DNA from: Chrysomallon squamiferum
Taxonomy: Eukaryota > Animalia > Mollusca
DNA length: 64,000 nt
Direction: 5' to 3'
Assembly (NCBI GenBank): GCA_012295275.1
Contig: CM022670.1
Span: 32,922,001-32,986,000 of the forward strand
A program made the position numbers and the translations under genes. Position 1 is the stretch's first letter. Every line of letters starts with the position of its first letter. The notes beneath the pieces were generated by a model, which was not told the DNA's origin, ran no database searches, and saw only the letters and a program-made list of their open reading frames with translations. Positions 27,958 through 42,659 of this stretch are shown here, piece by piece.

Positions 27958-28985
27958 TAATTTCTTTTTTCTTTTTTTTTGGGATAAAATATCAGAATAT
28001 CCTATTTTATTCGTTTCCTTTTTTAGGAATCCCACTAAAGATGTATGGAGTATTTTGAGATTCCCAAGACTAAGCATCTGTTACAATAACAAATATTGTT
28101 ACTGGTAGCTTAATGTCTTATTGCGTTCGTGTTTTACTGATATTAGATATCTAAAAATCCCACCGGGATGTAGGGGGTTATTTTCAGATATCCAAGACTA
28201 TGCATCTGCTTTTGAAACAAAAATAGTTATTGCTACATTAAGCTACTTATCTGATTTGAATCCACACAAACATTTTAGGGATATGAACTTTTATAAATCA
28301 GCTTTTGAAAATCGTATAGTCTTTTATAGGCTATACTTATTATGTTTGCCCTTTTAATTTCGTTCAGTTCGTTTTCGTACATGAATTTGTTGTTTAAGAA
28401 TAGTTAAATGAGGTTAGCGACCTGACAAGTTAGCTTCGTCCGGGCAGATGATCTAATTGCTTAAGTTACTGGTTTAGAATGTCTTGTAGAAAAAACCCAA
28501 CTGATTATCTCTTTTACTTAAATGAACATCGTTTTGTTTGAATGATTCCTGGATTAGAGGTAAAAGACGGAAACAATGCCGACGTCAATCAACAGAACTG
28601 GAAGAGCCTGAGAATCGAGATAAACATGGTGGATAGGTTAAGTGCTTCGTGCAGTGGTCAAGCTGTCAGACTGAGTGGACGTCCAGTAGGCATGACCGTC
28701 TTGCTAAACACCTTCTGTCTGTCCGGAGTGCTGAACGACAAATTCTCCAGCGCCAGTTACGACATACATGACAGGTACTCGTGTGTTAACATTCACTAAT
28801 GACGTCTCACAATCTGCTGATGAATGACTAAATAGAGATTTCAGTCTCATTTTCACCCAAATCCAAATCCCCGTATTTGCCGGTTCATTATGAGCTCAAC
28901 GTAAAACGATGTACACACACATATATAGATGTACACATACATACATACACACATTCCATACGATACCATTCCTTATGATACCAGA

Positions 28986-29062
28986 CTATACTGTACTATA
29001 TATACTATACTATACTATACTATACTATACTATACTATACTATACTATACTATACTATACTA
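28986..29062. repeat. (TATAC)n pentanucleotide microsatellite
   Basis: Directly visible. Confidence 0.93.
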
Positions 29063-30034
29063 TGCTTTATTATACTGCACACTTATTCATACATAATACA
29101 TACATCTATACATCCATTCATCCATCCAGACATACATATATACATGCGTACATGCTAACATGCATATATTTATATATATTTAGCGCAGAAGAAATAACTA
29201 ATTTGAATGATTAAAATGGTTAATTAATTTGTGATTTCACCTTGTTTGTTTAAAATACTTAGAAGCAGTAAAAAGTGGATAATATTTCCATTAAATATAA
29301 ACTTAGTAAAAATAAAAAGTAATAAAATAATTATAATTTCTCAAACATACATACATACATACGTACGTACGTACGTACGCGTGTGTGTGTGTGTACGTGT
29401 GCGGACTTAATTTCTAAGTTGGCCGTCATGAGGATACCATTCAGATTTGTTAGATGTTTCATGTTGGACAAGTATGAAATGTTTATTGCTCCTGTCCGTG
29501 TAAGTAAATAAGAAAACGAGGTAAACACGTGGGCGAGTGAGAGTGAATGTGATACTGAGAGAGACGGAGAGAAATTGAGAGAGAGAATGAGAAAGATTGA
29601 AAAAGATAAATTAAGAGAAGGTACGACACTGAATGAGAGAAAGGCAGAGAGACAGATTTAAAGAAAGACTGATAGACAGACTGAAAGAGAAAAGGTGACA
29701 CACTGAACGATTAGCTGAGAGAGATAAATTGAGAGAAAACTGAGAGAAATAGATTACTACAGTGAAAGAGAGAGATGAAAAATTAAAGTAGAGATTAAAT
29801 AACATCGCTCTAGGCAAAAACTTTGACAATGAATCGTTTGTTTTGTGAATGTCATCGAGATAAGATTAAGCAGATGACAAATAAATTTTTTGTAACTTCA
29901 AAACATTTACAGTTTTTCTAAATCGTAAGCTTTAACTTGGTTATGACGAATCTACATTTACCTTATTGTACTGAATGATAATAATATATATTTTTTTAAA
30001 ATAAAGAAAATGACCTTATAACAATTATTTATAG

Positions 30035-30071
<37 letters not shown>

Positions 30072-31542
30072 AAAATGAAAGTAACTTAGAGAGAAAAATT
30101 ATGGGGAAATGTAAGATAAAAATAAATAAAATATTCACATCACTAAAGGATATTTCAGAAACCATATTTACCCACGAAACAAAGAAAACAAAGAAAGAAT
30201 CACTCGATAGAACAGGTTAAAATCAAAAAAAAAAAAAAAAAAAAAGATTTTGATACTGAAGAGAAATACAGGACAAATATTTATTGTTTAATGTGCATTT
30301 TCTGAAAAGTGTTAGATATTTCACTCACGCAAAAACTGGAAAACAATGAGGCGATGGACGAGTGAACTGGGTAACTACCGGAAAGGAATGATCTGACAAA
30401 GGACAGCGCATGACAGGAAGAAGCGGAAACAACATGCTTAGGCTTTTGCCCGATAATGACAACGTTTTTACAATCTTTTATCGTTTTCTCAAAATAAGAT
30501 CAACAGATAATATAAAAAAACAACAACAATAAACAAACAAACAAAAACATTGTGTTTGCAAAGATAACACTAAGTGGATTTTTATTTTTTTTTTTTTCAA
30601 GTTTAAAATATAGGTCGTTACACTGTTAATTTCTTTAGTGGGATTTTTGCTGCTGTTACTTTTATTTATAATTCCAAACTCGTTGACCACATAATTAATA
30701 CCTTGAACGATTTAACATATTAATAGTAAAAACAAACATTCAAAAAAAAAAAAAAAACCCAAAACGAACAACAAGAAAAATAATAAAAAGGAATTTAAAA
30801 AAAACCCCATGATATCGGAAACAATGTAAAAGCGGTAAATGCTAAAACTATTACTTGTATTATGGGAAATGTGACTGGTCGGTTAATAAGCCATTTAATT
30901 TCATTTAGAGAGGCGTTAACACTAATAACAGAATACTTCTTAGTAATTCTCGTATAACATTCATTGTTCACTAACTCACGGTTACAAGACTATTTGAGCT
31001 AAGAAGGGTAATCACTGGTGTTGTGACAGTTATTTTTCAATGTTATTTTCAAACTGTTGCGTTCACTCTCACTATGTAAGTCAGTGGTGTGAACGACGGT
31101 CTATTTTCACTAGACGGATTCAAACAGATTTTAACTAGATTTAAAACATTTTAGCATGTAATCTCTGAATGTGAAGAAATTAATACCAGGATATGAAATT
31201 TGTATTTTTTAGATGAATCTTCCATTATGTCAGTGTTTGGGAAAAAAAAAAAAAAAAAAAAGAAAGAAAAAACAAACAACAGCAATAAAGTAAACAAAAT
31301 ATTTGGTGTATTTTGTCTTGCACTTTTAGCAAAACATTTGTTTTTCTTTCGGTGTATAAAACTCCAGTAACTCTGTTTTATTTGGTTAACAATGATGTTC
31401 TCATACTACCTCGTGAAATCATGAACCGCGTCTTTACAATTACACTGATCTAAAACAAAAACGACATCAGTAATTGTAATTGCCTATAAAATGCTATTTA
31501 GATAATAGTATTTGAGCTGAATAAGAGATAGCTGCACTAAAT

Positions 31543-31571
31543 ACAATAGCAATAACAATAATAGCAATAAC

Positions 31572-31621
<50 letters not shown>

Positions 31622-31655
31622 TACTACTAATACTAATACTACTACTAATAATAAT
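31543..31655. repeat. (AAT)n/(ACT)n microsatellite
   Basis: Directly visible. Confidence 0.93.
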
Positions 31656-33488
31656 AGGGCAGATTAAATGATTTTGTTATTTTATTTATAAATACATTTT
31701 TTAATTGTCAGTTACAAAAGTTATACTTTGACATGGTTGTATGGAGGCTGCACTGTGTGAATTATGCCACAGGAACATTTGGCTCCAAACTGTCTGAGAC
31801 TATTGACTGGTCAGACTTCAGCCAATCAGATCGGGCTAAAAATATATTTAAACTTAATTTCAAATCATTTGCAAAAAATGGAGAAAAAATCTCAAACAAA
31901 AACAAACCCGTTATCATCATCATCATCATCATCATTTGTGTTTTCTTCTTTCTCCTTCCCATCGTTCAAAAGTAAGAAAAAACAATAAAAAAATAAAATA
32001 AAATAAAATAAAATAATAATAATACTAAAAAAAAGTTATTGTTAAAAAAAATTGGGTTTTGTATCATATTGAGAATAAGATTCATGCGAAATAACAGCGT
32101 GAGTCATACTATATTAAAGTCAATTCTAAAAGATGATGGTTCTAAAATAACATAGTGCCTGTCTTTCATAAATAAATAATAGAACAGCATTTTAAAAAAA
32201 GAAGAAAAAAGTAAGTCAAACAACAAAGCAATAATATTAAAAAAACAATAATAATAATAAAAAAATGAAATTTAAACAAGTAAAAAGAAAAAAGTAAAAC
32301 AAATTCTAAAAATCATTAGTAACAACATTAAGAACAAAGCTCTAGTCTCAGAAATAATTTTATATCAAATTTTCATTCCAGAAAAAAAAATAAAAATAGT
32401 GAGACTTAATAGAAAAATATCTAAAATAGAAACATAATAGAACGACAGATATATATGTATGTTGTATGTATGTATGTATGTATGTATAATTAAGCAGAAA
32501 TATTAATAAAAATAGCAGTTTCCTTAAATCCCAGTCAGCAATCTAGACTTTGTTTCGAAGAAATTACCATTTGAAAATTAATAGAAAGCGTAGGGGGCAT
32601 TAAAACAAACATATTCACTCCGCAAAATAATTTACGTCAACAAGAGGTTCTGGGAAAAGAGAAATAAAGAATCTTAAAGGTCCCAAAAATAACCGAATCA
32701 TTCGTTTTGTGTGTGTAATCGTAATGAAGATCCGAAGTGGAAATACTCGCTGTGTGTGCGTTCGCGATTCGACTTCAAATACGTTTCTTTAATGACTGTA
32801 CAGTGGAATGCGAGATCTGTCGTTTCTGGAATTTGCTTGATCCAAGTTTGTTATGAGGTCTCTTAATAGAAATCTCATAAGAGCAGAAAGTGAACGAAAA
32901 TCAATGGATATTTAACAAGTGTTTGTCGCCGTGTCGTAAACTAATCCGTGTCATTAGATTCTAGTCTCTCTCTGTCGTTATAACAGTCTGTGATTATATT
33001 TCAGTATGATTTAATGTAATAGATTCTGTTCTCTTTCACGCACGCACATATGCATACAGACACATATGATTGCATACATATATACATTAAAACATACAAA
33101 CATACATATATACATTCATTTTACGCAGAAAAAAAGAAAAATTTCAAAAGTTCTTTTTTTTTATAAAAGAAAAATAGAAAAAATACTGAAAAAGGAAAAA
33201 AAAAGAAAAGGTAAAAAAAACGTGCAAAAATCAGAAAAAAGGTACAAACATTTAGGGAAGCAGTCAGAGAGAAAATTGGTCTGCTAACAATACAAACAGT
33301 TCTGTCTCCAGAATTATCAAAACGGCTAATTAACGTGTAATGATACCAGTTTGTTTAAATTATTTACACATAAAAAGAAAGTGCTGTCTCAGTTGTCGAG
33401 CTGTGTAATCGTCCGCTTTCGAAGTGTGAGTGGTTTTAACATTACGTGTCTCATCAGCGGCATCTGACAGTTTGTGAAGTCATCATTA

Positions 33489-33524
33489 GAGCCAGTCTTT
33501 CTGAGCCAGTCTTTCTGAGCCAGT
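33489..33524. repeat. 14-bp tandem repeat (gagccagtctttct x2.5)
   Basis: Exact copies at 33489 and 33503, partial copy at 33517. Confidence 0.9.
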
Positions 33525-35214
33525 GCATTGTCATATACTGTCAATGTACGCAGTGTTATCAGACCCGTATTGAAAAACAAAACGTTATAACTATATAAAC
33601 ACATATGCATGCAACTGTACATTAAAACAAGCTGATTTAATCGACATCATCATCATACTCCTCATAATCCTCATGATGATGATGATGATGTAAAATCTGA
33701 AAAATATTTCTTTTTCTTTCTGATATTCATTTATTTTTTTCAGTGGTCTTAAACTGATATTTTAAAAGGAATTCTCTATTGTATTTACATTTTACAAAAT
33801 TTAATATATATATATATATTTTTTTTTTTTCTCTGTTAATTATTTAAAACTTTTTAGAAATGATCCGTAATGGCGTTTTTATTTCCTGAACAGAAGTCTG
33901 TTTTGAATTTGATCTATTTAAGTTAATCAAAGGATTAGAAAAGTTTAGGAAGCATTTCTCCTTCCTTTTTTGTGAAATAATCACGAAGAAATTTTCTAAT
34001 CGGTATCTTAGATAAATATAATTTTATATTTGAAATCTCAGGCTACGTAAAAATCATATTACGTAAAAAACCCGAAAAAACCCGAGAGTAAACCTCCCTC
34101 AAATATAAATAAACAATAATTTATATATTTTAATTATTAATTACAAATACAATTGTTTTATGCAATTTTACACAACAAATCTTCGGTAATTATATGTTTT
34201 GTTTTATCTCCACTTTCGTATAATTTAATCATTTTATGACAGCTCCTTATGAAATAGTCTCCTAACTAATAGAGTTTTGGATTTTTTCTCACTCCACAAA
34301 CCATCCAGTATCTTTGTCTCGCTGTATGAAAGACCGTGGTTTGTGTTCACTGAGTTTTACACATTCTAACCAGCAACAAACGACTATTTTATTAAACGTG
34401 CATGCCAGCAAGGCTTGTCTCCGTTCCTATAAACAGTGCTGTATAATTTGTTTCTGAAAAAAAAAAAAAAATTTGGCTTACATTTGTCTCGGTGTTGAAA
34501 TGTGCTTTTAACATCTCTTGCAGTTAATCATGACGGACTGAAACAAATTTCCTCTCTGAAATTAACATTACATAGACAAAAAAGCATGTTTGACATGTAA
34601 TAAACATTAATATCAAAACATGTTGTGATGTAGTTAAACAAATGTTCTGTGTACGTAACGCAGGAAACAATTTGTCTGGAAAAGAAAGTGTTATTTAGTA
34701 GATAGTAGGAGGAATGTGTCACTTTAGACTGAATTCGAATTAAAAACACGCGAGCGTATCATAATTAAGTCTGATGGCTTAAACATAGAGTCAGGACACT
34801 TTTAAAAAAATAAATATCATTTTAATAAAAAAAAGTTTTTATACTGTTTTCATTTCACAATAAAAAGAGACCCCCCCATAAAAAATAGTTTTTTTTTCTG
34901 ACAAAATATTTCAGACTATTTCATTTAATTCTGCGGATAGACACTTTCCCTCTTTTCAGATAAAATTACTTTGATGCGTGCCTCACATCAGCTTGTTTGG
35001 TTTTAAGTATGATGTGACAGAACTGTGAGAAAAATAAATAAAATTCAGTTTCATTTTCTGACAAATCTCTCAGCCATTTGAAACGTATTAGCTGAAGGTT
35101 AAATCGAAGAGTTTGGATCGCTTGCCCAAGACAGTGTTAATGTTCGACTGTGAAAGTAAGAGGTGATAAATGTGAATAAAGTCTTTTTATAACATCTTTA
35201 TATAAGTATTGCCC

Positions 35215-35880
35215 AACTATCCTTCCACTATTGTTACTACTTCCATAATACTATTACAAGCTATTGCTACTACTACTATTATTGTGATTACTTCTACTGT
35301 TATTACTACAATAAATACTGTTACTATTACAAATGCAATTTATTACTCCTACAAATACTACCGCTATTACTTCTGTGGCTACTACCTGTTCTCCTGTTTC
35401 TCTGCTTGTACTGACTGCTAACACGATTAAGATTATACCTCTAGTATTATTAATACTACTATCACTGTTACGTTGCCAATGCTTAAAGTGTTCGTTATCA
35501 TGTTTCGAACACTTTGAATAGGACTGGTAAATTTTAAACTGTGACAGTAAATTGTGACCACTACTTCTACACTATTTCTAGAAACTGTTACCACGACAGA
35601 TACAACTACTGTTACTCCTATTACTACTTCTACCAATATCACAATTTCTACTATTACTATAATTACTGTAACTACTACTACTACGACACATATTACTGCA
35701 CCTGCTACTACTACTATCAATACCTCTATTCCTCTCTGCTATTATTACTACTATAACTTCTATCTCCATCACTGGTACTGTGATGCTACTATTGCTATTA
35801 CCATAACAACAGTCACTACTATTACTACTATTTCTTCTTCTTCTGTTGCTTTTAAATCTGCAACTACGACTGCGACAAGA
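35215..35880. repeat. Long degenerate (ACT)n-derived low-complexity region
   Basis: Persistent 3-nt periodicity of act/att/gct; yields T-, V- and Y-rich ORFs in several frames. Confidence 0.85.
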
Positions 35881-36434
35881 ACACTAGTTATTAACGAATA
35901 GCGGGATTCGAAGCAAATACCTGTCGACTGTGAAAGTGGTAACGTAACCATTGTGACATCAGGTTGCACTCTGTTATAAATGTAGATACCTTTTCATCAG
36001 AGAACGAACAAGCATGTCACGGGCACATGCTCAGTCAGTGAAAGAAAGTTCTACCAATGAACATTCTAACATAAACACATCTTTATTCAGGTTACGACCA
36101 ACCCCGCATGTTAAACTTTAAATAGAATACATATTTGAATTAAACAATTAAAGAATGCACTTTAAGGTGTTGTCAGACAACGTCAGTCTCACAGTGTTGT
36201 GCAATTTGTTTTCAAGTTTAATTTGATTTCTTAATAATGTCTGTGCACAAAGCAACCCTTTAAACGTAATTTATAAAACATTTCAGTATTTTTCCAGTCT
36301 TTTTTGTTGTTGTAATTTAATGTATATAGACACAGACCCACCCACACACACACACACACTCACATATATAAAACATAAAATAAAATACGCACACACACAC
36401 TCACCACCCCAATACAGTTAAATAAAATGATTAA

Positions 36435-36441
36435 AATAATA

Positions 36442-36504
<63 letters not shown>

Positions 36505-36533
36505 GTAATAATAGTAATAATAGTAATAATAAT
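36435..36533. repeat. (AAT)n microsatellite
   Basis: Directly visible. Confidence 0.95.
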
Positions 36534-37585
36534 ATCTTCTTTTTTCAAAATGACAGGATGGAAATATTAATCCTAAAGAGATTAGTGAAAATCTGCTAAC
36601 CCATGGGGAGATTAAAAAAATAAATATCTTTTTTTTTAATAGTTTTTCCGTTAATATTCATTCAGGAAACAATTCTGTCTATAGTAAAAAAATTCAAGAT
36701 CATTTTCATTAATTACAGAGAGAGATTACATTACTTTTTAATGTGTAATAAATTGCAAATTACATTTTATACTGTCTAATATAAAATTATTGTTTATTTT
36801 TAATATAGTATGTTTGATAGGATGCTTTTTTGGACACATCCATAATTATAAATGCACTTTTAGAGAAAACAGCTTTAAATAAGAATTAAAGGAAAATTAA
36901 TTTGAAATAATTATAATAAAAAAGCTATTAAATTAATTTAAAATAATTTTCGTAAATAGAAATATAATTGAAATACACGCCCACAGACAGACACACACAA
37001 TATATATAAAATGTTCAAAATTAAATAAAATTAAAAAAAGATATACATTTTAAATTAAAATAAAAACTACATTAAGCATAATAATTCAAAATTATAATTA
37101 CAACGAAATGAAAAATTAAACTAATATTCGAAAACATAAAAAGAAAACAAAATAATAATAAAATTAAAACAATAAAAATTAAAGTAATATAAAACACCAG
37201 AAAATAAATTTAAATGAATATGAAAATTAAAGCAAATTTTAAAATAATAAAAATAATAAATAAAAAGGAAAAATAAAATGAAAGGAACGAAATGGTTGCC
37301 TACAACTGTGCTGCTGAATTTTTTGTTTTCACTTTTTATTAAGATGACTACGTTTATTAACAAATCACGCTGACAACATTTTGCTTCAGTGGTTTAGCCT
37401 CTTTGTTTAAGTAAAAAGAACAGAGTCTTTTGTTGAATTCCGCAGAGATGTTATAAAAAATATTGGCGTGTCACGCAAGTCTTTGTCTTCTTATGAACCT
37501 AGCGACTGCAACATCTTTTCTATTAGCCAATTTGATTACAACAAAAGGTCCGAACTTATTTAAATAGAGAGATAGATAATAGATA

Positions 37586-38363
37586 CAGTGGTACCTTGAC
37601 TTACGAGTTTAATTCGTTCCATGACCGAGCTCGTAACTCAGATTGCTCGTATATCAAATCAGTTTTCCCAACCGAAATTAATTGAAATACTATTAATCCG
37701 TTCCAGTCCCTAAAAAAACACCCCAATTTTTGGTATCGTGCTTTTAAATAAGAAAAATGTATGTATAAATGATAAATATTGTACAAAAAAACAAAATAAA
37801 AGAGAATGTAATGGTTTTATAAAGTGTACAGGGTTAGGGTTTCTCCATCTTTTCATGGACAGAGGTCCGCAGCTTAGGAATTATTTAAATGCCTTTGGCT
37901 GGAGTTATAGCCTTTATCTACTCTTGCTTCAGTATGGTACATATCGTAGAAGTACTACGCTCGTACTGCCTAGCCATATTGACTACACGCACATATCGCT
38001 CATGTTTGTTTCTATGATTTCAAACTTTGATTCAATGGACATCATCCACTTCTTCGTCTCAGAACTGTCCTTTGTATTCACTTTCTTAGGATCCATGGAA
38101 ATTTAGCAAAATGCTGCACAAAACGCGAGCACAAGACAACAGAGATGCTTCCACGGCGAGGTAACCATGTCAAGCAAACGAGTGAGACGCGGGATGTTAG
38201 GCGGATGTTGTATTTGTTCGCTACGCCAACTTGTGGCGGCGTATCTGAAACTCGCTCGTAACTCGGATTTTGAATCGTAACTCAAAGCAGAAATTCGACC
38301 GACCGATTGCTCGTAACTCGAAAAACTCGTAAGTTGGAGAATTCGTAACTCGAAGTATCACTG
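37586..38363 (-). mobile_element. Non-autonomous Tigger/pogo-family DNA transposon, internal deletion derivative, copy B (inverted relative to copy A)
   Basis: TIRs cagtggtaccttgacttacgag / ttcgtaactcgaagtatcactg; TA flanks at 37584-37585 and 38364-38365; inserted into a GATA/GACA-type simple repeat. Confidence 0.92.
37840..38096 (-). pseudogene. Tigger-type transposase N-terminal remnant in copy B
   Basis: Minus-strand ATG at 38096: MDPKKVNTKDSSETKKWMMSIESKFEIIE/KHER/VRVVNMARQYERSTSTICTILKQE*IKAITPAKGI*IIPKLRTSVHEKMEK, with frameshifts and stops. Confidence 0.85.
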
Positions 38364-40249
38364 TATACAGATACAAAGAGAGACAGTTAGAAAGAAATAG
38401 ATAGATTAGACGGTTAGATAGACAAACAGATAGAAACGCAGACAGACAGACAGACAAACAGATAGAAACGCAGACGGACAGACAGATAAACAGATATACA
38501 TATATGCATACCGATAAATACATAATACAGTGTACATATATATTTAAATGAATAAAGTCCTATTAGAAAGACTTTAGATAAATGTGGTATTACTATTGAT
38601 GATTGTATCTTTGTATGTACGTATGTATGTGTGTGTGTATACACATACAAACATATATACACAGATACATACATACATACACATATACACATACATACTT
38701 CATAATCGACCAGACAGCCAGATAGATAAATGTACAGAGAACGAAACAGACTGAGAGATAACTGAACAGGCAAAATAGGAAATTAGACATGAATGTAGAT
38801 AGAAACATGAAAATATAGATAAACACACAGATAATCAGAGACAGATAGATAAACATATATGTAGATCAAACAGAAAGATTAAAATGTTATTCTAAAAAAA
38901 AAAAAAAAATATTAAACTACCAGTGTCATTTAAATATGTCCTTTATTCTTTCTTTCTTTACAGAAGATATTTAATATTTGGATTCTGCTAATATATATTA
39001 GCAGTTTTATTCCAGAATTATATTTTCACTTAACAGTTTCATTCTCGGCTAAATTTGCTACCATAACAGCAAAGATTATTGGTGATAAAATAAAAATAAT
39101 ATACAGTTTCTAGTATTATTTTCATCCACCACTTAGACTATTCCCAATGATTCGTTTTACAAGATCTAATTCAGCGTAGTATAATTATTCAGTAATACGA
39201 TGCAAAAAATAATCTATTTCTAACATACTCATAGTATCTGTTTCTGTCACCAGTACGCATCTTTGAATATCGATCATATCGAATCGTACGTTTTGCCCAC
39301 CTCACCTACGAAATTGTAATATAACTTTTAAACTCGTGATACTGTATCAAATATATATAAGGACAAAGGAAAGCTACACGACGTTGAGAGTATGAATCTT
39401 CGATTGGTTATTTTGTACGTGACAGATTTGAAACGGGATATTAATGAAACTAATTAACTGATAAGTATAATCTGTTTTAATTGTTGATATAAATTGAAAT
39501 AATGTCATGAAAGACGTATCAGCAGCACAGATGATACCCCCTATCCCCTGAAATCAACGTTTTCCCTCTGTTCTCTGGAATTTTGGTTTCCTCCGCTGAT
39601 GATGATGAAACTTGCAGCGTGTAAGTCTGTTGACTGCTGACTGTTTTATCATTACCTGTATGGCTAATTTGGTTCGGTATGTTTTCATATGTTAGTCAAT
39701 GCAGAATTTTGCCTCTCTTGGTCATGCTGTTTAATATTTAAAGTATTTTCATGTAATTATACATATAAGGATTTTACCTATCCCATTAATCCAGAAAACG
39801 TAACAGTTGGCTCGCTGTGTTTGTCTCGAAATTAAATTTTGCAGACTGCCAGAAGAACGAGGTTAATACGATATGTTACAAAACACACATCACTGAAGCA
39901 AAAACCAACAACAAACAAAAAATACAACACCCACGAAAAAACAACAACTACAACAACAATAACAAAAACAAACAAACAAAATAAAAATAAAAAATAAAAT
40001 ATAAAATAAGATTAATAATAAAAAAATTAAACATAATTTTTTTTTTTTAATAAAAACCACTAATATTAAACATATGATGTCGAATGTTATTGATAAGGTT
40101 ACATAATAACGATTTATTATTATTACTTTTTTTTAATACAAGACATCGTATAGTCAGCGATGGAAATGTGAAACTGTTGTAACGGTTAATTCGATGGTCT
40201 ATCACAAAATGTCAATGATCTCACTAATTTATTAAATAAAGTAAACTGA

Positions 40250-40432
40250 CCTGAGAATAAATGTCAAAATCTGTACAACAGGTAACAGCCAGGAGCGGAT
40301 CCAGTATTCCAGAAAAAAGTGGGTGTGGGGTGTGTGAATAATCACCTTATTGATTAGTAACCCGAGAATAAATCTGTCCAAATGTTTAGAGTCAGGAGCG
40401 GATGCAGGATTCCATTAGAGGGTGGCACAACT
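40250..40432. repeat. Diverged ~105-110 bp duplication carrying two transposon-end-like motifs
   Basis: gagaataaat...caggagcggatccagtattcca and gagaataaat...caggagcggatgcaggattcca at about 40253/40290 and 40364/40394. Confidence 0.55.
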
Positions 40433-42659
40433 GTAGTAAATCAAAAAAACACTTTCAAATGGACTTTAGGAAATGTGTTGCGTTATAAACAAGAATAAGA
40501 AAAAAAAAAACCAAAACCCCCAAAAAAAACCCCAATAAACAAACAATATATATATATGTGTGTATGTGTATGTGTATGTGTTTGTGTTTGTTTGTGTATG
40601 TATGTGTGTGTGTGTGTATGTGTATATGTATATGTATGTGTATGTGTAATATATTTATGTATATACATATTTGCATAAATATTATCATAATGGTTAGAAG
40701 ACGTTGATTCAGAAAGTAAAGAACTGGACGAAACTATTGGCATTAAGATGCCTTAATACATAATTTTTTGAGTTAAAATGCCTTATTTGTCTTTAAAAAA
40801 AAAAAAAAAAATTTAAACAAAACAAAATAAAACAAGAACAGCTTAGTTTATTGGTCTGATGGTGCAGTTTTTGTTATTTTTGTTATTTTTTTCTCTCTTT
40901 ACAATACTCTAAAGGAATATTATCATTTTTCAGTAATACAATATTATAGCTGTAGGCGTAAATTTCTTTCATTTTTTTTTAAAATCACAAGTCGCATTAT
41001 AAAATACAATATAAATAAACATCTCCTTTATCTTTTCAGAAGATTAATTTCTTTGTCCTTCTTCATTTTATAAAAAGATAAATTAAAGTGTGAATGATTG
41101 ATTAAGAAAAAAAAAATGATTTAAAGACACCTAAAACAAATTAACGATTAAGATTTTATGTTTAACTGCGACATGAATGTCTTCACTCCATAAACTATTT
41201 TTTTACCGAAGTAAAGAATCCGTTACATACACCTTCTCATTTTTACTTTATTTCATTCATTCTTTTTTCTTAGTTACATTATAATTTCTTTATCCTGGTA
41301 AAGACACAGTTGTTTTTGAGTAAGTCTTAATGTGACATTTGTCCTAATTAAGTAAAAGCCATTGATATTGTTATTCTTTCTATCTTTCTTACACGAATCT
41401 TGTCGTTTTATTTGTTTTTTTAATATTAAATTTTATATATGTGGTTTTTTAAACGGTATTGTTTCTTTCTTAACTGTAAATGAAACAATATGAAGTGACA
41501 TGAAATGAAATAAACAAAACAAAGAAACAAAAAACCCCCACAAAAAACACATCAAAACAAACAAGAACAAATAAATAATAAAATAAAATGAAATGAAATA
41601 CAATAAAATAAAATAAAATAGAATAAAACTAAAACTGATCTGCTTTCACTCTTTATGAGACGAAACGTACTTCAGCAATAACTCGTTATTTTAAGAAAGT
41701 TTTATTAAAACGAATTAGTTACACCTCACTCAATTCCATTTCTCATCCGACCCGGGAGACGGAACTTCCGCCGAATCCACACCATCCCCTGTTCTTTTCA
41801 ATATGCTTAAAACAAATCGCCGTATACTACTATAGAAATGTGACAGTTCTAAGTTCAAAGCTTCACAAAGGCAACTTCAGGGCTATTTTACGATCTGTAT
41901 AACCACAATGAAAAACCCTAGTTGAATCTGTACAGGCCACTTGCTGTATCGGAAATGACCTCGGAATTGTACGGAAATGACACGACGTAGCTGATTGCAA
42001 ATGATCAAGGATTTGATTTCTAATTATACTTCCGCACCGTTAAGTGTAGACATTATAGTCTGCGTGAATCAAGGAAATACAGATTTTTCTCTGTGATTAG
42101 TTGAAAACATTAGTTTTCTTTGAAACCAGATATGTATTTAGATACCAAGAAAACTAAAGTAAAAAAAAAAAAAAAAAAAAAAAATTGAAACGTTTGTCCT
42201 TGTAGTCATGTTAGTTTCGTATATAAAGGACGTTTTCTGTCAACAATAATATCAGAATGATTTATTTATTTATTTATTTATTTATTTATCTGTTTATTCA
42301 TTTTGAGAAGAAGAAAATATAGTGAGCATTTTAACATACAGTTATATTCGACTAAATCAACTACTGCATGACTACTTTCAGCGAATTTTAAAAAAATTCG
42401 ATCTTGACAAACTTTTCAGAAGTCTTCTTTTTTTTTTTATCAGTCCCCGACAATGTCAATCGTTTATATGATTAGCTAAAGAGAGGAGAGATCTTATCGT
42501 GACAAACCTCACTCAGACTTTCTGGACAGAGACTTTTAATATCCATCAGTTTTAAAAATCATAACCTGTGCTTTTATTTTATACAATAGAGCCAGTATTT
42601 ACTCCATCACAGTAATATAGCATTTTCATTATTATAATCAAAACCAGAATCATCATCAG

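Noticed and set aside
28542-28799. 85-aa ORF of normal-looking composition
   Set aside because: No recognisable domain, no convincing flanking splice sites and no in-frame partner exon; treated as one of the non-coding GC-richer islands.
35554-35901. Thr-rich mucin-like ORF
   Set aside because: Degenerate ACT repeat that is open on both strands, with no signal peptide or splice context; similar tracts recur at about 2230, 21790 and 42660.
37738-38106. 122-aa + strand ORF
   Set aside because: It is the antisense reading of the minus-strand Tigger transposase remnant.
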